A stretch of DNA of 64,000 bases from an uncultured Acidobacteriota bacterium (lineage in GTDB: Bacteria; Acidobacteriota; Thermoanaerobaculia; UBA5066; Gp7-AA6): positions 3,099 to 67,098 of the forward strand of contig CAVXTP010000024.1 in NCBI GenBank assembly GCA_963764715.1. The letters run 5' to 3'. Made by a program: the position numbers and the translations under genes. Shown here piece by piece: positions 1-13,068 of this stretch. Position 1 is the first letter of the stretch, and every line of letters begins with the position of its first letter. Below the pieces are notes generated by a model, which was not told the DNA's origin, made no database searches, and saw only the letters and a list, made by a program, of their open reading frames with translations.

Positions 1-1
1 G

Positions 2-1371
2 CGAGAGCGGGGCCACGTCCCAGTCGGAGCCGAAGGCGACCTTCGCCTTCGCGTCGAGGAGCCAGCGGAAGGCATACGTCCCGAGGCTGCGCTCTCCCCC
101 GCCGAGCCGCCGGTCCGCCCAGCGCCCGTCGTCGACCGCGTGGTAGGGCTGCATGGACGCGATGACCCCCTGCTCGGAAAAGCGCGGGATCTCGGCGCGG
201 CGCATGTGCTGCGCGTGCTCGATGCGGAACCGACGGTCCTTCGGCCCGTTCTTCTTCGCCACCCGGGCGAAGATGTCGAAGAGCTCGGCGATGGCCCTGT
301 CGCCGATGGCGTGGACCTCGACCTGGAGGCCCGCGGCGTCGGCCCCGGCGATGCGGTCCTCGATCTTCGAGAGCGGGATCGCCTCGGCGGCGTAGACGCC
401 GGTGTTGCCGGGATCGTCGGTGAACGGCTCGAACATCACGGCCGTCCCCGCGCCGAGCGCCCCGTCCATGTAGCCCTTGACGCCCCCGACCCTCAGCCAG
501 GCGTCCTGTTTCATCGAGGTCTGCGCCTTCTTCGCCCCCTGCCAGTCGGCGATCGAGGGGCGGAAGTTCACCCGGAGGGTCGTGAGCCCGCCCGCGTTCC
601 GGATCGCGTCCCAGGCCGCGAGGTCCATCGCCGTTCCCGGAAGGTCCTGCACCGAGGTGACGCCGTTTTTCGCGGCGTGCTTGATCGCGGCGCGCAGTCC
701 TTCGACGATCTCCGCCTGCGTGCGGGGCGGACGGACCTTCCAGACGAGGTCCATGGCCGCGTCCTTGAGAACGCCCGTCGGCTCGCCGGAGGCGTCCTTC
801 ACGATCACGCCACCCGGGGGATTCGGAGTCGCCTGCGTGATGCCCGCGAGCTTCAGCGCCAGGCTGTTGCAGACCATCATGTGGCCGTCCTGGCGGCCGA
901 GGCAGGTCGGCCGGTCCCCCGTCGCCGGATCGAGGAGGGCCTTCGTCGGCAGCTGCGGGGGCGTCCACTGCTCGTGGTCCCAGGCGCCGTCCGTCAGCCA
1001 CTGTCCGGCGGGCCTGGTCTTCGCGAACGCCGCGACCTGCCGCGTGAAGTCGGCCGGGTCCTTCGTCTTCCGCAGATCGAGGGCGAGGAGGTTCAGGCCC
1101 CCCATCGACATGTGTGTGTGACAGTCGATCATCCCGGGCACGACGCGCCGCCCCTTGCCGTCGACGACGACGGTGCCTGCGCCCTTCAGCTTCTCCACGT
1201 CGGAGTTCGTTCCCACGGCGACGATCCGCCCGTCCTTGACGGCGAGGGCCTCCGCCTCGGGGCGCGCGGGATCGCCCGTCCAGACCTTCGCCGAAACGAG
1301 GATCAGGTCGGGCGGCGCTCCGGCCGGAGCGAGACCGAGGAGGGCGGACGCGGCGGCGGCCAAGAGGATGC

Positions 1372-1375
<4 letters not shown>
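2..1375 (-). CDS. Metal-dependent amidohydrolase (YtcJ/Amidohydro_3-like), secreted; 3' end runs off window
   Basis: Not in the supplied ORF track because it has no stop inside the window. My own minus-strand translation from ATG 1375 gives MSILLAAAASALLGLAPAGAPPDLILVSAKVWTGDP...PGMIDCHTHMSMGG...RFRIEHAQHM...AFGSDWDVAPL. It shows a signal peptide plus H-x-H type metal motifs. Its start and the ppdK stop form an ATGA overlap. Confidence 0.75.
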
Positions 1376-4088
<2,713 letters not shown>

Positions 4089-4092
<4 letters not shown>

Positions 4093-6206
4093 TTTTCCAC
4101 CACGATTTCGGAAAAGTCCGCCAGCCGGGAGAATTCTTGCTGAATCGAGGCGAGGAGCGCCAGCCGGTTCCGGCGCAGGTCCTCCTCGGGAGCGTTGACG
4201 AGGACGTCCACGAAGAAGCGATCGAGCGAGGGCGCGATCGAGGCGATCGTCTCCATGGCCTCCCGGTAATGCCGGTCGGTCGCGAAGCCGTCGATCGCCT
4301 GCCGCGCCTGCATGAAGTCCGAGGCGAGGGCCCGCTCGGCCGGCTCCCGGTAGAGCTCGGGCGCCGGCGTGCCCGGCGCGGCGTCGCCGACGATGTTGCG
4401 GATCCGCTTGGCGGCGAGCACCAGGGACCGGAAGTCCATGTGGCGGCGGGCGTCCGAGAGCGCCCGCGCGCGGTCGGCGACGTCCGCGAAGTCCCAGACG
4501 CCGACGTTCAATACCGCCGAGATCTCGTCGTAGGTCGAGCCGCGCCGCTCGAGGACGGCGCGCAGGCGGTCGGAGAAGAAGCGCTCGAGCTCCTCGACGA
4601 CCGCGTCGGGCTCGAGGCCGCCGACCTGCGGGGGATACAGCGACAGCGCCCGGCGCACGACCGGCCGCCAGTCCGTCCGCCAGTTGCGGCCGATCGCGAT
4701 CGACACGATGCCGAGCGCGGCGCGCCGCAGGCCGTACGGGTCCTTCGAGCCGGTCGGGACGAGGCCGACGCGGAAGAGGCCGCAGAGCGAGTCGAACCGG
4801 TCGGCGAGCGAGAGGATCGCCCCGGACGCCTCGTGCGGCGGATCGTCGGAGCCCGAGGATGGACGGTACTGGTCGTAGATGGCCTTCCAGACCGAGTCGG
4901 GCCGGCGCTCGCGCCGCGCGTAGAGACCGCCGATCACGCCCTGGAGGTCGGTGAATTCCTTCACGACATGGCTCGTCAGGTCCGCCTTCGAGAGCAGTGC
5001 CGCCGTGCGCACCGTCTCGACGAGCTCCGCGCGGCCGACCTGCACCGCGATCGCCTCGGCGAGATCCTGGAGGCGCGCGGTCTTCTGCCGGTAGTCGCCG
5101 AGCTTCTCCTGGAAGGTCAGCCGGGAGAGCTTCGGAAGCTGCGCCTCGAGCGTCTCCTTCGCGTCTTCTTCGTAGAAGAAGCGGGCGTCCGCGAGGCGGG
5201 CGTTCAGGACCCACTCGCAGCCCTTGGCAATGAAGCCCTTCCGGTCCGCGTCGTTGTCCATCACGGCGACGAAGTGCGGCAGGAGGCCGGCCGGCCCGCG
5301 CACCGGGAGGAACTTCTGGTGCGTCCGCATGACCGTGACCGTGATTTCTTCCGGCAGTTCGAGGAACTCCGGGGCGAAGGAGCCGCGCACGAGCCCCGGC
5401 CACTCGACGAGGTCCGCGAGAGTGTTCGCGAGGTCCGCGTGCGCTTCGACCTGTCCGCCGACGCCCGACGCCAGGGCGCGGGCCTTCTCGAGGATCGCGA
5501 TCCGCCGGACCTCGGGGTCCGGCTCGACGAAGCTCGCGCGGAGCTTCGCGAGGTAGTCGTCCGGGCCGGTGACGACGATCTCCCCGTCGGCGAGGACGCG
5601 GTGGCCCGTCGTCCGGTCACCCGCCCGGACGCCGTAGAGCTCGAGCGGGACGACGCGCCCGCCGAGAAGGGCCACGACGCCGCGCACGGGGCGCACGAAC
5701 GAGCGCTCTCCCCGGCCCCAGCGCATGGTCTTCGGAAACGAGAGGCCGCCGACGACCCGCGGGATCGCTTCGGCCAGGACGTCCGCCGTGGAGCGGCCCG
5801 GGATGGTCTTGCGCGCGGCGACCGTGCGGCCCCGCGGCGAGTCGACCACGACGAGATCGGAGACGTCGACCTTCTGCGCCTTCGCGAAGCCTTCCGCGGC
5901 GCGCGTGGGCTTGCCGTCCTTGCCGAACGCGCTCGCCTCGGGGGGACCGAGGACTTCGGCGAACCGGTCCTCCTGGCGCTCGGGCAGGCCGCGGAGGACG
6001 AGGACGAGGCGGCGGAGCGTCGCGTAGGACTCGATCGCCGCGGGCGCCAGCCCCTCGCCGGCGAGGGCGTCGCCGGCCGCGCGCGAAAGCTCCAGGCGCG
6101 CCGGCAGCAGCGCCGGCGCCGGGATCTCCTCCGTCCGGATCTCGAGTAAGAAGTCTTGGGCGTTCACTTCTGCTGATTGCCGCCGTGCGGGCGCCGCCGG
6201 ATCCAC
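4089..6206 (-). CDS. glyS: Glycine--tRNA ligase beta subunit
   Basis: 705-aa ORF containing FLLEIRTEEIPAPAL, a typical GlyS N-terminus. Both candidate starts are GTG (6206, or 6167 giving VNAQDFLLEI). It lies directly downstream of glyQ. Confidence 0.9.
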
Positions 6207-6261
6207 CGTTGACAGCCGCGGGAAAAACTCTCCGCTCTCGTCGGGCGCGTCGAGCGCCCGC

Positions 6262-7149
<888 letters not shown>

Positions 7150-7281
7150 GGAGAAGAGTTTATCGCAGGCGCAGAGGCCGTTCGCTCGGGCCTCAGGATC
7201 GGGCGAGCCCTTCCTCGCCTGGCAGGATTCCCCATGTCGCGGGGGCCGGAGCGGGTGCGAAGATCCATCGCCCGGCAGCGT

Positions 7282-9936
7282 TCAGCGTGGCGGCAGATCG
7301 ATTAGCACGACGTCCGAATTCTCGCGATAGCGATCGAACAGGATCTGCTTGCCGTCGGGCGAGACGTCGAAGCTCCGAATGCTGCGGTCCTGGCGCAGGT
7401 CCGTGAGCCGCCGTAGCTCCCCGGTGGCGATATCGAGCAGCGAGAAGTTGAAGTCGCGGGGCCAATCACCCTGCATCAATACCAGCGACTTGCCCCCGGG
7501 CAGAAAGCGATAACGGTTACCTCCGATTATGACGAGGATCTCCGGCAGCGGGAACGGTTGCCCTTCCGGAGTGATCGCCTTCACTCGGTTCCAGGCTCGA
7601 AAGCCGCGCTCGGAATAGACAATGAGCTTCCCATCGGGTGACCAGACCGGGTTCACGTTGATGCCGCGGATGAGGCGCACCGGGCCTGTACCGTCGAGCG
7701 GGACCTTATACAGCGGTTGCTCGTTGCTCTCGAAAGCGGTGACGGCGATCCACTTCCCATCGGGAGACCAGGTCGGGGCATCGCGGGCGTCGAGCGACTC
7801 CGCGATTCGGCGAGATCCCGTGCCATCCGCAGCCATGACGTAGAGATGGCCACGCCCCCCCTGTCGAACTACGAAACAAATCCGGGCCCCGTCGGGCGAG
7901 ATCGCCGGCGCGGCGGCCACCATCCCCTCGCTCCCACGCCACAGCTCGGTCGCCACGCCGTCCTTGAAGCTCCAGAGCCCATCGGCACCCCCCTTGGACG
8001 ACAGGAAGAGAAGGTAGTCGGGCCCAAATCGAGGTGCCTCCGCCCGGGAAGCGGGAAGGGAAAACCGATTCACGGCGCCCTCGTCCACGATGTGATCCGT
8101 GATCGGCGCCGTCCAGAGCTGCGAGGTCGGATTCGCTACGGTCGCGGCGAGGCGCCGCCCATCGGCACTTGCCGCGATCGAGAGATACTCTTCGAGGCCG
8201 GAACTGACGGCGTGAGGAATTCGCCGGTCGATGTCCATGGCGTACAGACCCGATCCCGAGCCGTCGGGCCGCGCGGCGGCGTAGACCAGCGTATGCGCGT
8301 CCAGAAAGGCCGGGTACGCCACCCTCGAGTGGTGGTTCGTCAGGCGCTCGACCAAGCCGCCGCCCGACGGGATCCGCCAGATGTCCATGTCATACGGGTT
8401 GGAGAGGCCACGGACAAAATAGATGAAACGGCCGTCGAGGGACCAGACCGGGTACTGGTTCGCAATCCCCCGCTCGCCGACGAAAATCTGCTTCTTGTTG
8501 GCGCCGTTGCGGTCGGCAACGATCAACACCTCAGCACTATCGCCCGTGTTATAGACGAGCCGCGCGCCATCCGGTGACCACGCGATCGAGATTGCGCCTG
8601 GCAGGAAAGGACGCGGGTTGCCGCCGAGCGTCGGCACGAGCCACAGGTCGCTCTGGAGCTCCTTGCTGGAAGTCCCCAACCAGATGTGAGAGTCGTCGCC
8701 GAAGAACCCGACGTTGCGCCTTCGATTTCCGTAGGTCACCTGAATCAAGTTCCGGGACAGATTGATGAGCTGGTCGCTGCCGACTTGCATGACCCAGGCG
8801 TCGGCAGGACCGGCCTGCACGGAGACGAACGCGACAAATTTGCCGTCGCTCGAAATCGCCGCGTCGAACTCGGACCCTTCCCAATCCGTCAGCCGCGTGA
8901 ATCGGGCGCCGGCGAGCGGGTTCTTCCAGAAGTAGTCGCTTTGACGAAGACGCCATCCCACGATCCCGAGAGTCAACAGCATCGCCGCGGCGATCGCCGC
9001 GCGAATCCACCAGCGACGCCTCGGCGTCGGCTCCGGCTCGGCCGCGAGCACTCCGCCACTGCTCGAGACCTCGGACAGGTTGTCGCGGATCGTCGCAAGC
9101 TCGCGGGCGAGGTCTTCGGTCGAGGCGTAGCGGCTCCGTGGCGCCTTTGCGAGGCATCGCAGCACCGTGAGGCGCAAGGGCGCCGGGATCCTGGGATTCA
9201 GCGCTCCGATCGGGTCGGGCTCGTCCTGGATGATCGCCGTCTGTGTCTGGGGCGCCGAGGCGCGCTGGAACGCCCGGCGGCCGGTCGACATCTCGTAGAG
9301 AATGGATCCGAACGAGAACTGATCCGACCGATAGTCGACCGGCGCCCCCGTGGCCTGCTCGGGAGACATGTAGCCGACGGTGCCCACGATGACTCCCTCC
9401 AGGGTCGCTCCCGAGATCGTCGGCGCCGGCGGCCGGCCGTCGCCGCCCGAGTCCGGTTGCGTCAGCTTGGCCAGGCCGAAGTCCAGGATCTTGACGTGCC
9501 CCTCCTCCGTCACCATCACGTTCTCGGGCTTCAGGTCCCGATGCACGATGCCCGACTCGTGCGCCTTCGCAAGCCCCTCGGCCACCTGGGCGCCGACCTG
9601 CAGGAGGCGCCGAATCGGCAAAGCCCCGTCCAGGAGCACCGCTCGAAGCGACTCCCCGTTGACCAGCTCCATGGCGATGTAGGACACGGAGTCGGAGGAG
9701 CCGACCTCGTAGATCGTGACGATATTGGGATGGTTGAGCGCCGAAACCGAGCGCGCCTCGCGTTCGAACCGCCTCACCCGCTCCGGGTCCGCGGCGAGCC
9801 CGCTCGGCAGCACCTTGATGGCGACGTCGCGGCCCAGGCGCGTGTCCCGCGCCCGGTACACCTCCCCCATCCCCCCCGCGCCGAGCGGCGCGAGGATCTC
9901 GTAGGGGCCGAGGCGGGCGCCCGATTGCAGGGACAT
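7282..9936 (-). CDS. Ser/Thr protein kinase with one TM helix and a C-terminal TolB-like (PD40/WD40-like) beta-propeller region
   Basis: Start taken at MSLQSGARLGPYEIL (ATG 9936). Kinase motifs present: GAGGMGEVY, VAIK, HRDLKPEN, DFGLAK, GTVGYMSPE. TM helix: WWIRAAIAAAMLLTLGIVGW. It continues with repeated SPDG/WSPDG propeller-type repeats. Confidence 0.9.
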   Translation of the reverse strand: MSLQSGARLGPYEILAPLGAGGMGEVYRARDTRLGRDVAIKVLPSGLAADPERVRRFEREARSVSALNHPNIVTIYEVGSSDSVSYIAMELVNGESLRAVLLDGALPIRRLLQVGAQVAEGLAKAHESGIVHRDLKPENVMVTEEGHVKILDFGLAKLTQPDSGGDGRPPAPTISGATLEGVIVGTVGYMSPEQATGAPVDYRSDQFSFGSILYEMSTGRRAFQRASAPQTQTAIIQDEPDPIGALNPRIPAPLRLTVLRCLAKAPRSRYASTEDLARELATIRDNLSEVSSSGGVLAAEPEPTPRRRWWIRAAIAAAMLLTLGIVGWRLRQSDYFWKNPLAGARFTRLTDWEGSEFDAAISSDGKFVAFVSVQAGPADAWVMQVGSDQLINLSRNLIQVTYGNRRRNVGFFGDDSHIWLGTSSKELQSDLWLVPTLGGNPRPFLPGAISIAWSPDGARLVYNTGDSAEVLIVADRNGANKKQIFVGERGIANQYPVWSLDGRFIYFVRGLSNPYDMDIWRIPSGGGLVERLTNHHSRVAYPAFLDAHTLVYAAARPDGSGSGLYAMDIDRRIPHAVSSGLEEYLSIAASADGRRLAATVANPTSQLWTAPITDHIVDEGAVNRFSLPASRAEAPRFGPDYLLFLSSKGGADGLWSFKDGVATELWRGSEGMVAAAPAISPDGARICFVVRQGGRGHLYVMAADGTGSRRIAESLDARDAPTWSPDGKWIAVTAFESNEQPLYKVPLDGTGPVRLIRGINVNPVWSPDGKLIVYSERGFRAWNRVKAITPEGQPFPLPEILVIIGGNRYRFLPGGKSLVLMQGDWPRDFNFSLLDIATGELRRLTDLRQDRSIRSFDVSPDGKQILFDRYRENSDVVLIDLPPR

Positions 9937-10035
9937 GGAGTCCAGTAATCCTACCGCCGCGGGCGGGACACCCGCCGGAGCCCGAAGGGCCGTGTCCTTT
10001 GCGCAGCGTCTGAGCAAACCATGCCTGGGATGGTT

Positions 10036-10692
10036 CTATGGATCGACGGCCGTCTGGGTCGAGTAGGGCAGCGAGAACATCCTGAATGTCAGGGCGACCG
10101 TGCCGATGCGGATCCGAGCACCGTCGTCGAGCGGCACCGGAACTTCGACCCTCCGGTCTCCGAGGTGAGTGCCATTCTTGCTGCCCAGGTCCTCGAGCGT
10201 GGCGCCCTCCTCCGTCACGACGATTCGCGCGTGGCGGCGAGAGACGCTCGGGTCGTCGATGAAAAGGCCAGCGCCTGGATCCCTTCCGATGACGTTCTCG
10301 CCCGCGTCCAGGGCCGTTCGCTTCCCGGCTCCCAGGATCCAGAAGGACCTCTTGCGGGCCGGGCCGAAAGACACCGCTTCGCGGACTTCCTCGGCGCTCC
10401 CGCTGAACGCGTAGCCGAACCCATGGACGGTCCGCACGTAGAGAGGCCGCCGCGCCTCGTCGCCGATCACGTCGCGCACTTCGACGAGCAGGCTCGTCAG
10501 CGTGGCGTCCGAAACGAACGTCCCGGGCCAAAGTCTCTCGTGGATCTGGCTCTTCGACACGGCTTTGGGCCGATTCTGGAGCAGAAGCTCCAGAAACTGG
10601 AACGCCTTGGGCTGCACATGGACACTCTCGCCGCGGACATACAACTCCCGCGTCTCCGAGTCGAGCACGCATTCACCGAAACGAATCCGCAT
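10036..10692 (-). CDS. One-component regulator: N-terminal OmpR/CadC-type winged-helix DNA-binding domain + C-terminal FHA domain (copy 1)
   Basis: 218 aa. The wHTH region is LDSETRELYVRGESVHVQPKAFQFLELLL...VRTVHGFGYAF. The FHA region is NVIGRDPGAGLFIDDPSVSRRHARIV...LGSKNGTHL. It is a paralog of 16071..16727. Confidence 0.85.
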   Translation of the reverse strand: MRIRFGECVLDSETRELYVRGESVHVQPKAFQFLELLLQNRPKAVSKSQIHERLWPGTFVSDATLTSLLVEVRDVIGDEARRPLYVRTVHGFGYAFSGSAEEVREAVSFGPARKRSFWILGAGKRTALDAGENVIGRDPGAGLFIDDPSVSRRHARIVVTEEGATLEDLGSKNGTHLGDRRVEVPVPLDDGARIRIGTVALTFRMFSLPYSTQTAVDP

Positions 10693-10839
10693 CGGCGCCC
10701 CCGCGGATTATCGCGCACTCCGGTGGCTCCCCTGCCAGCGCAAATGCAGCTTCTTTCAAGGATCCTCCCAACGACTCGGCCCGCTCCAAAACCATAGGGT
10801 GCGTTGCGGAGGGAATCCGGAGCTCCGGGTTCGACACTC
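10693..10839. promoter_or_regulatory. Divergent intergenic region conserved with 16728..16865 (shared core about 100 bp)
   Basis: By-eye alignment of the two copies gives GGATTATCGCGCA..CCGG.GGCTCCCCTGCCAGC.CAAATGCAGC...AGGAT..TCCCAACGACTCGG. On the minus strand the core contains a GATAAT (-10-like) box shortly upstream of each regulator start. Confidence 0.4.
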
Positions 10840-12999
10840 ATGAAAACAGATCGTGCACGGTCGGCCGAGTCTTCCAAGCTCTCCCGGATCGTCGCGTCGC
10901 TACTCGTCGCGCTGGGCTGCTGTCTCGCCGTGCCCGGGCTGGGGCAACCCGTCTTCCTGCCGGCGTTTCAGGTGGATGCGTACGGGTCGGGACTCTTCGG
11001 CGACAGTCACGCGGAAGCCGCCGTGATGGGCGAGGACGGCAGCTTCGGCGTCGCCTGGCTGTCCGGCGGAGATGTCTTCGCTCGACGGTTCAGCGCACAG
11101 GAAAGCCCTCTCAACGGGTTTTCCCTGGGATCCAGCTACATCGGCGCGGACCGATCCTCGATGGCCCGGGATGCGTCGGGACGCATCGTCGTCGTCTGGA
11201 AGGATGGCAATTGGAACGTTTCGGGCCGCCGCTTCGCATCGAATGGGACTCCGCTTGAAGGGACGTTCGTGGTTACCGCGTCGGAGCTGGTCACTGTTGC
11301 TGGCCCGCGCGTTGCCTGCGATCCCTCCGGAAATTTCGTCGTCACGTGGACCTCGCACGGCAGCGAGGGGTCGAAAGTCGTGGCGCGGCGATTCGATCGC
11401 TCCGGCTCACCGCTCGGATACGAGTTCGTGGTGAACGCGTCCACGCAGGGCCTGCGGGAGTCGGCCGGTATCGGGATGTCGGAGGCCGGCTTCGTGGTGA
11501 CCTGGAATGCCATTGAACCGTCGGGGAACGGTGTTTTCGGACGGGGGTTTCGTGCTTCGGGAGAGCCGCTCACCGGCGACTTTCAGGTCGTCAATACCGG
11601 TGCCGCCTTTCCCGGCCCGTCGGACGTCGCGATGACCGCCAGGGGCGACATCGTCGTCGTCTGGAGCCAGGGCTCCGCAACGCTGGCGCGCCGCTTCGAC
11701 AACGCCGGCTCGCCCCGTGGGGACGTTTTTCCGGTCGGCACTCCAGTCAGTGACCAGCCCCGCCCGCAGGTCGCGTCGGACTCGTCCGGCAACTTTCTGG
11801 TCGTCTGGAACTCGCCTGCCAGCATCGTGGGCCGCGCCTTCGACGCATCCGGCAACCCCGCCGGCGCCGAGTTCCAGGTCGCCGAATCTCCATCCCCTGG
11901 GGGATACCTGGTCAGCCGCGACCCGCATCCGGCGATCGCGGACGACGGCTCCTTTGTCGTCGCATGGACCGACCTCTTCTCCGACTACTACGGCAACCGG
12001 GGGCAAAGCGTCAGCGCTCGCAAGAGCGGGGTCCGCGCGTCGAGCGGAATCGAGGTGGGTTTGTCGGCCCTCCGCTCCGATTCTTCCGCCCCGGGCGTCA
12101 ACGACGTGAATGACGTTCTTGAGCCCGGAGAGACGGTGGTTGTCGCCAGCGCCTGGGAAAACCTGACCTCGTCCAGCGCCGCGATCAGCGGAACGGCCCC
12201 CTTCTTTACGGGACCTGCCGGAGCGACGTACACGCTCGTGGACGCGACCGCCGATTACGGCATCGTCGGCGCCCACCAGAGGGCAAGTTGCTTCTCCGTC
12301 GGGAACTGCTACGAGGTCGCCGTCTCGGCGCCGGCTGTTCGGCCGATCCAGCACTGGGACTCGCAGCTCCAGGAAAACCTCAACATCGGCGTGCCCAAGA
12401 CGTGGACGCTCCACATCGGCGAAAGCTTTCCCGATGTTCCGACCAGTCACGAGTTCTACACGTTCGTCGAGACGGTCTTCCACAACGGCGTGACCGCCGG
12501 GTGCGCCGACGGCGGCTACTGCCCGGAGGATCCCGTCACCCGCGCGCAGATGGCCGTCTTCCTCCTGAAATCCAGGTTCGGCGCGGCCCATGTGCCGCCA
12601 CCGTGCACAGGAGCCGTGTTCTCGGACGTGCACTGCGCGGGCGGGCCCTTCGATCCCTGGATCGAGGAGCTCGCCGGTCTGCAGATCACCGGGGGCTGCG
12701 GTGGCGGGCTCTACTGTCCGAACGACACCGTGACGCGACAGCAAATGGCCGTCCTCCTGCTCAAGACGCGGGACGGCTCCGCCTACGACCCTCCCGACTG
12801 CGCCGGGATTTTCGCCGACGTGCCCTGTACGCCCGGTGCGGGCTTCTCGGACTGGATCGAGGAGCTCTCCAACCGCGGGATCACCGGCGGCTGCAGCGGC
12901 GTCCCCCATCTCTACTGCCCGACGAACCCGAGCAACCGCGGCCAGATGGCCGCACTCCTGAGCAAGACCTTCGGACTCGTGCTCTACGGCGGGCGGTGA
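10840..12999 (+). CDS. Secreted repeat protein: about 7 tandem ~48-aa repeats (propeller-like) + three C-terminal SLH-like domains
   Basis: Start at MKTDRARSAESSKLSRIVASLLVALGCCLAVPGLGQ, which is a signal peptide. The repeats follow the pattern G-F-VVW ... RRF-x-x-G-P-x-G-x-F-V. The C-terminus has three F-x-DV...I(T)GGC...YCP...TR-x-QMA-x-LL-K units. Confidence 0.8.
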   Translation: MKTDRARSAESSKLSRIVASLLVALGCCLAVPGLGQPVFLPAFQVDAYGSGLFGDSHAEAAVMGEDGSFGVAWLSGGDVFARRFSAQESPLNGFSLGSSYIGADRSSMARDASGRIVVVWKDGNWNVSGRRFASNGTPLEGTFVVTASELVTVAGPRVACDPSGNFVVTWTSHGSEGSKVVARRFDRSGSPLGYEFVVNASTQGLRESAGIGMSEAGFVVTWNAIEPSGNGVFGRGFRASGEPLTGDFQVVNTGAAFPGPSDVAMTARGDIVVVWSQGSATLARRFDNAGSPRGDVFPVGTPVSDQPRPQVASDSSGNFLVVWNSPASIVGRAFDASGNPAGAEFQVAESPSPGGYLVSRDPHPAIADDGSFVVAWTDLFSDYYGNRGQSVSARKSGVRASSGIEVGLSALRSDSSAPGVNDVNDVLEPGETVVVASAWENLTSSSAAISGTAPFFTGPAGATYTLVDATADYGIVGAHQRASCFSVGNCYEVAVSAPAVRPIQHWDSQLQENLNIGVPKTWTLHIGESFPDVPTSHEFYTFVETVFHNGVTAGCADGGYCPEDPVTRAQMAVFLLKSRFGAAHVPPPCTGAVFSDVHCAGGPFDPWIEELAGLQITGGCGGGLYCPNDTVTRQQMAVLLLKTRDGSAYDPPDCAGIFADVPCTPGAGFSDWIEELSNRGITGGCSGVPHLYCPTNPSNRGQMAALLSKTFGLVLYGGR

Positions 13000-13068
13000 C
13001 CGTGTCCGCAGCCGGGGACGGCGTTTCGGCGCCGGACAGTGAATATGGCGCAATCAGGTTGAGTGAGC

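Noticed and set aside
4137-6149. 670-aa plus-strand ORF
   Set aside because: It is antisense to glyS and has no domain-like sequence.
8549-10672. 707-aa minus-strand ORF spanning the kinase/regulator junction
   Set aside because: It is out of frame with both real genes and crosses their intergenic gap. Its product is R/G/P/A-rich nonsense.
10820-10845. tRNA-like T-loop string CCGGGTTCGACACTC
   Set aside because: No acceptor, D or anticodon stems can be drawn around it. It lies within the 5' region of the SLH-repeat gene.
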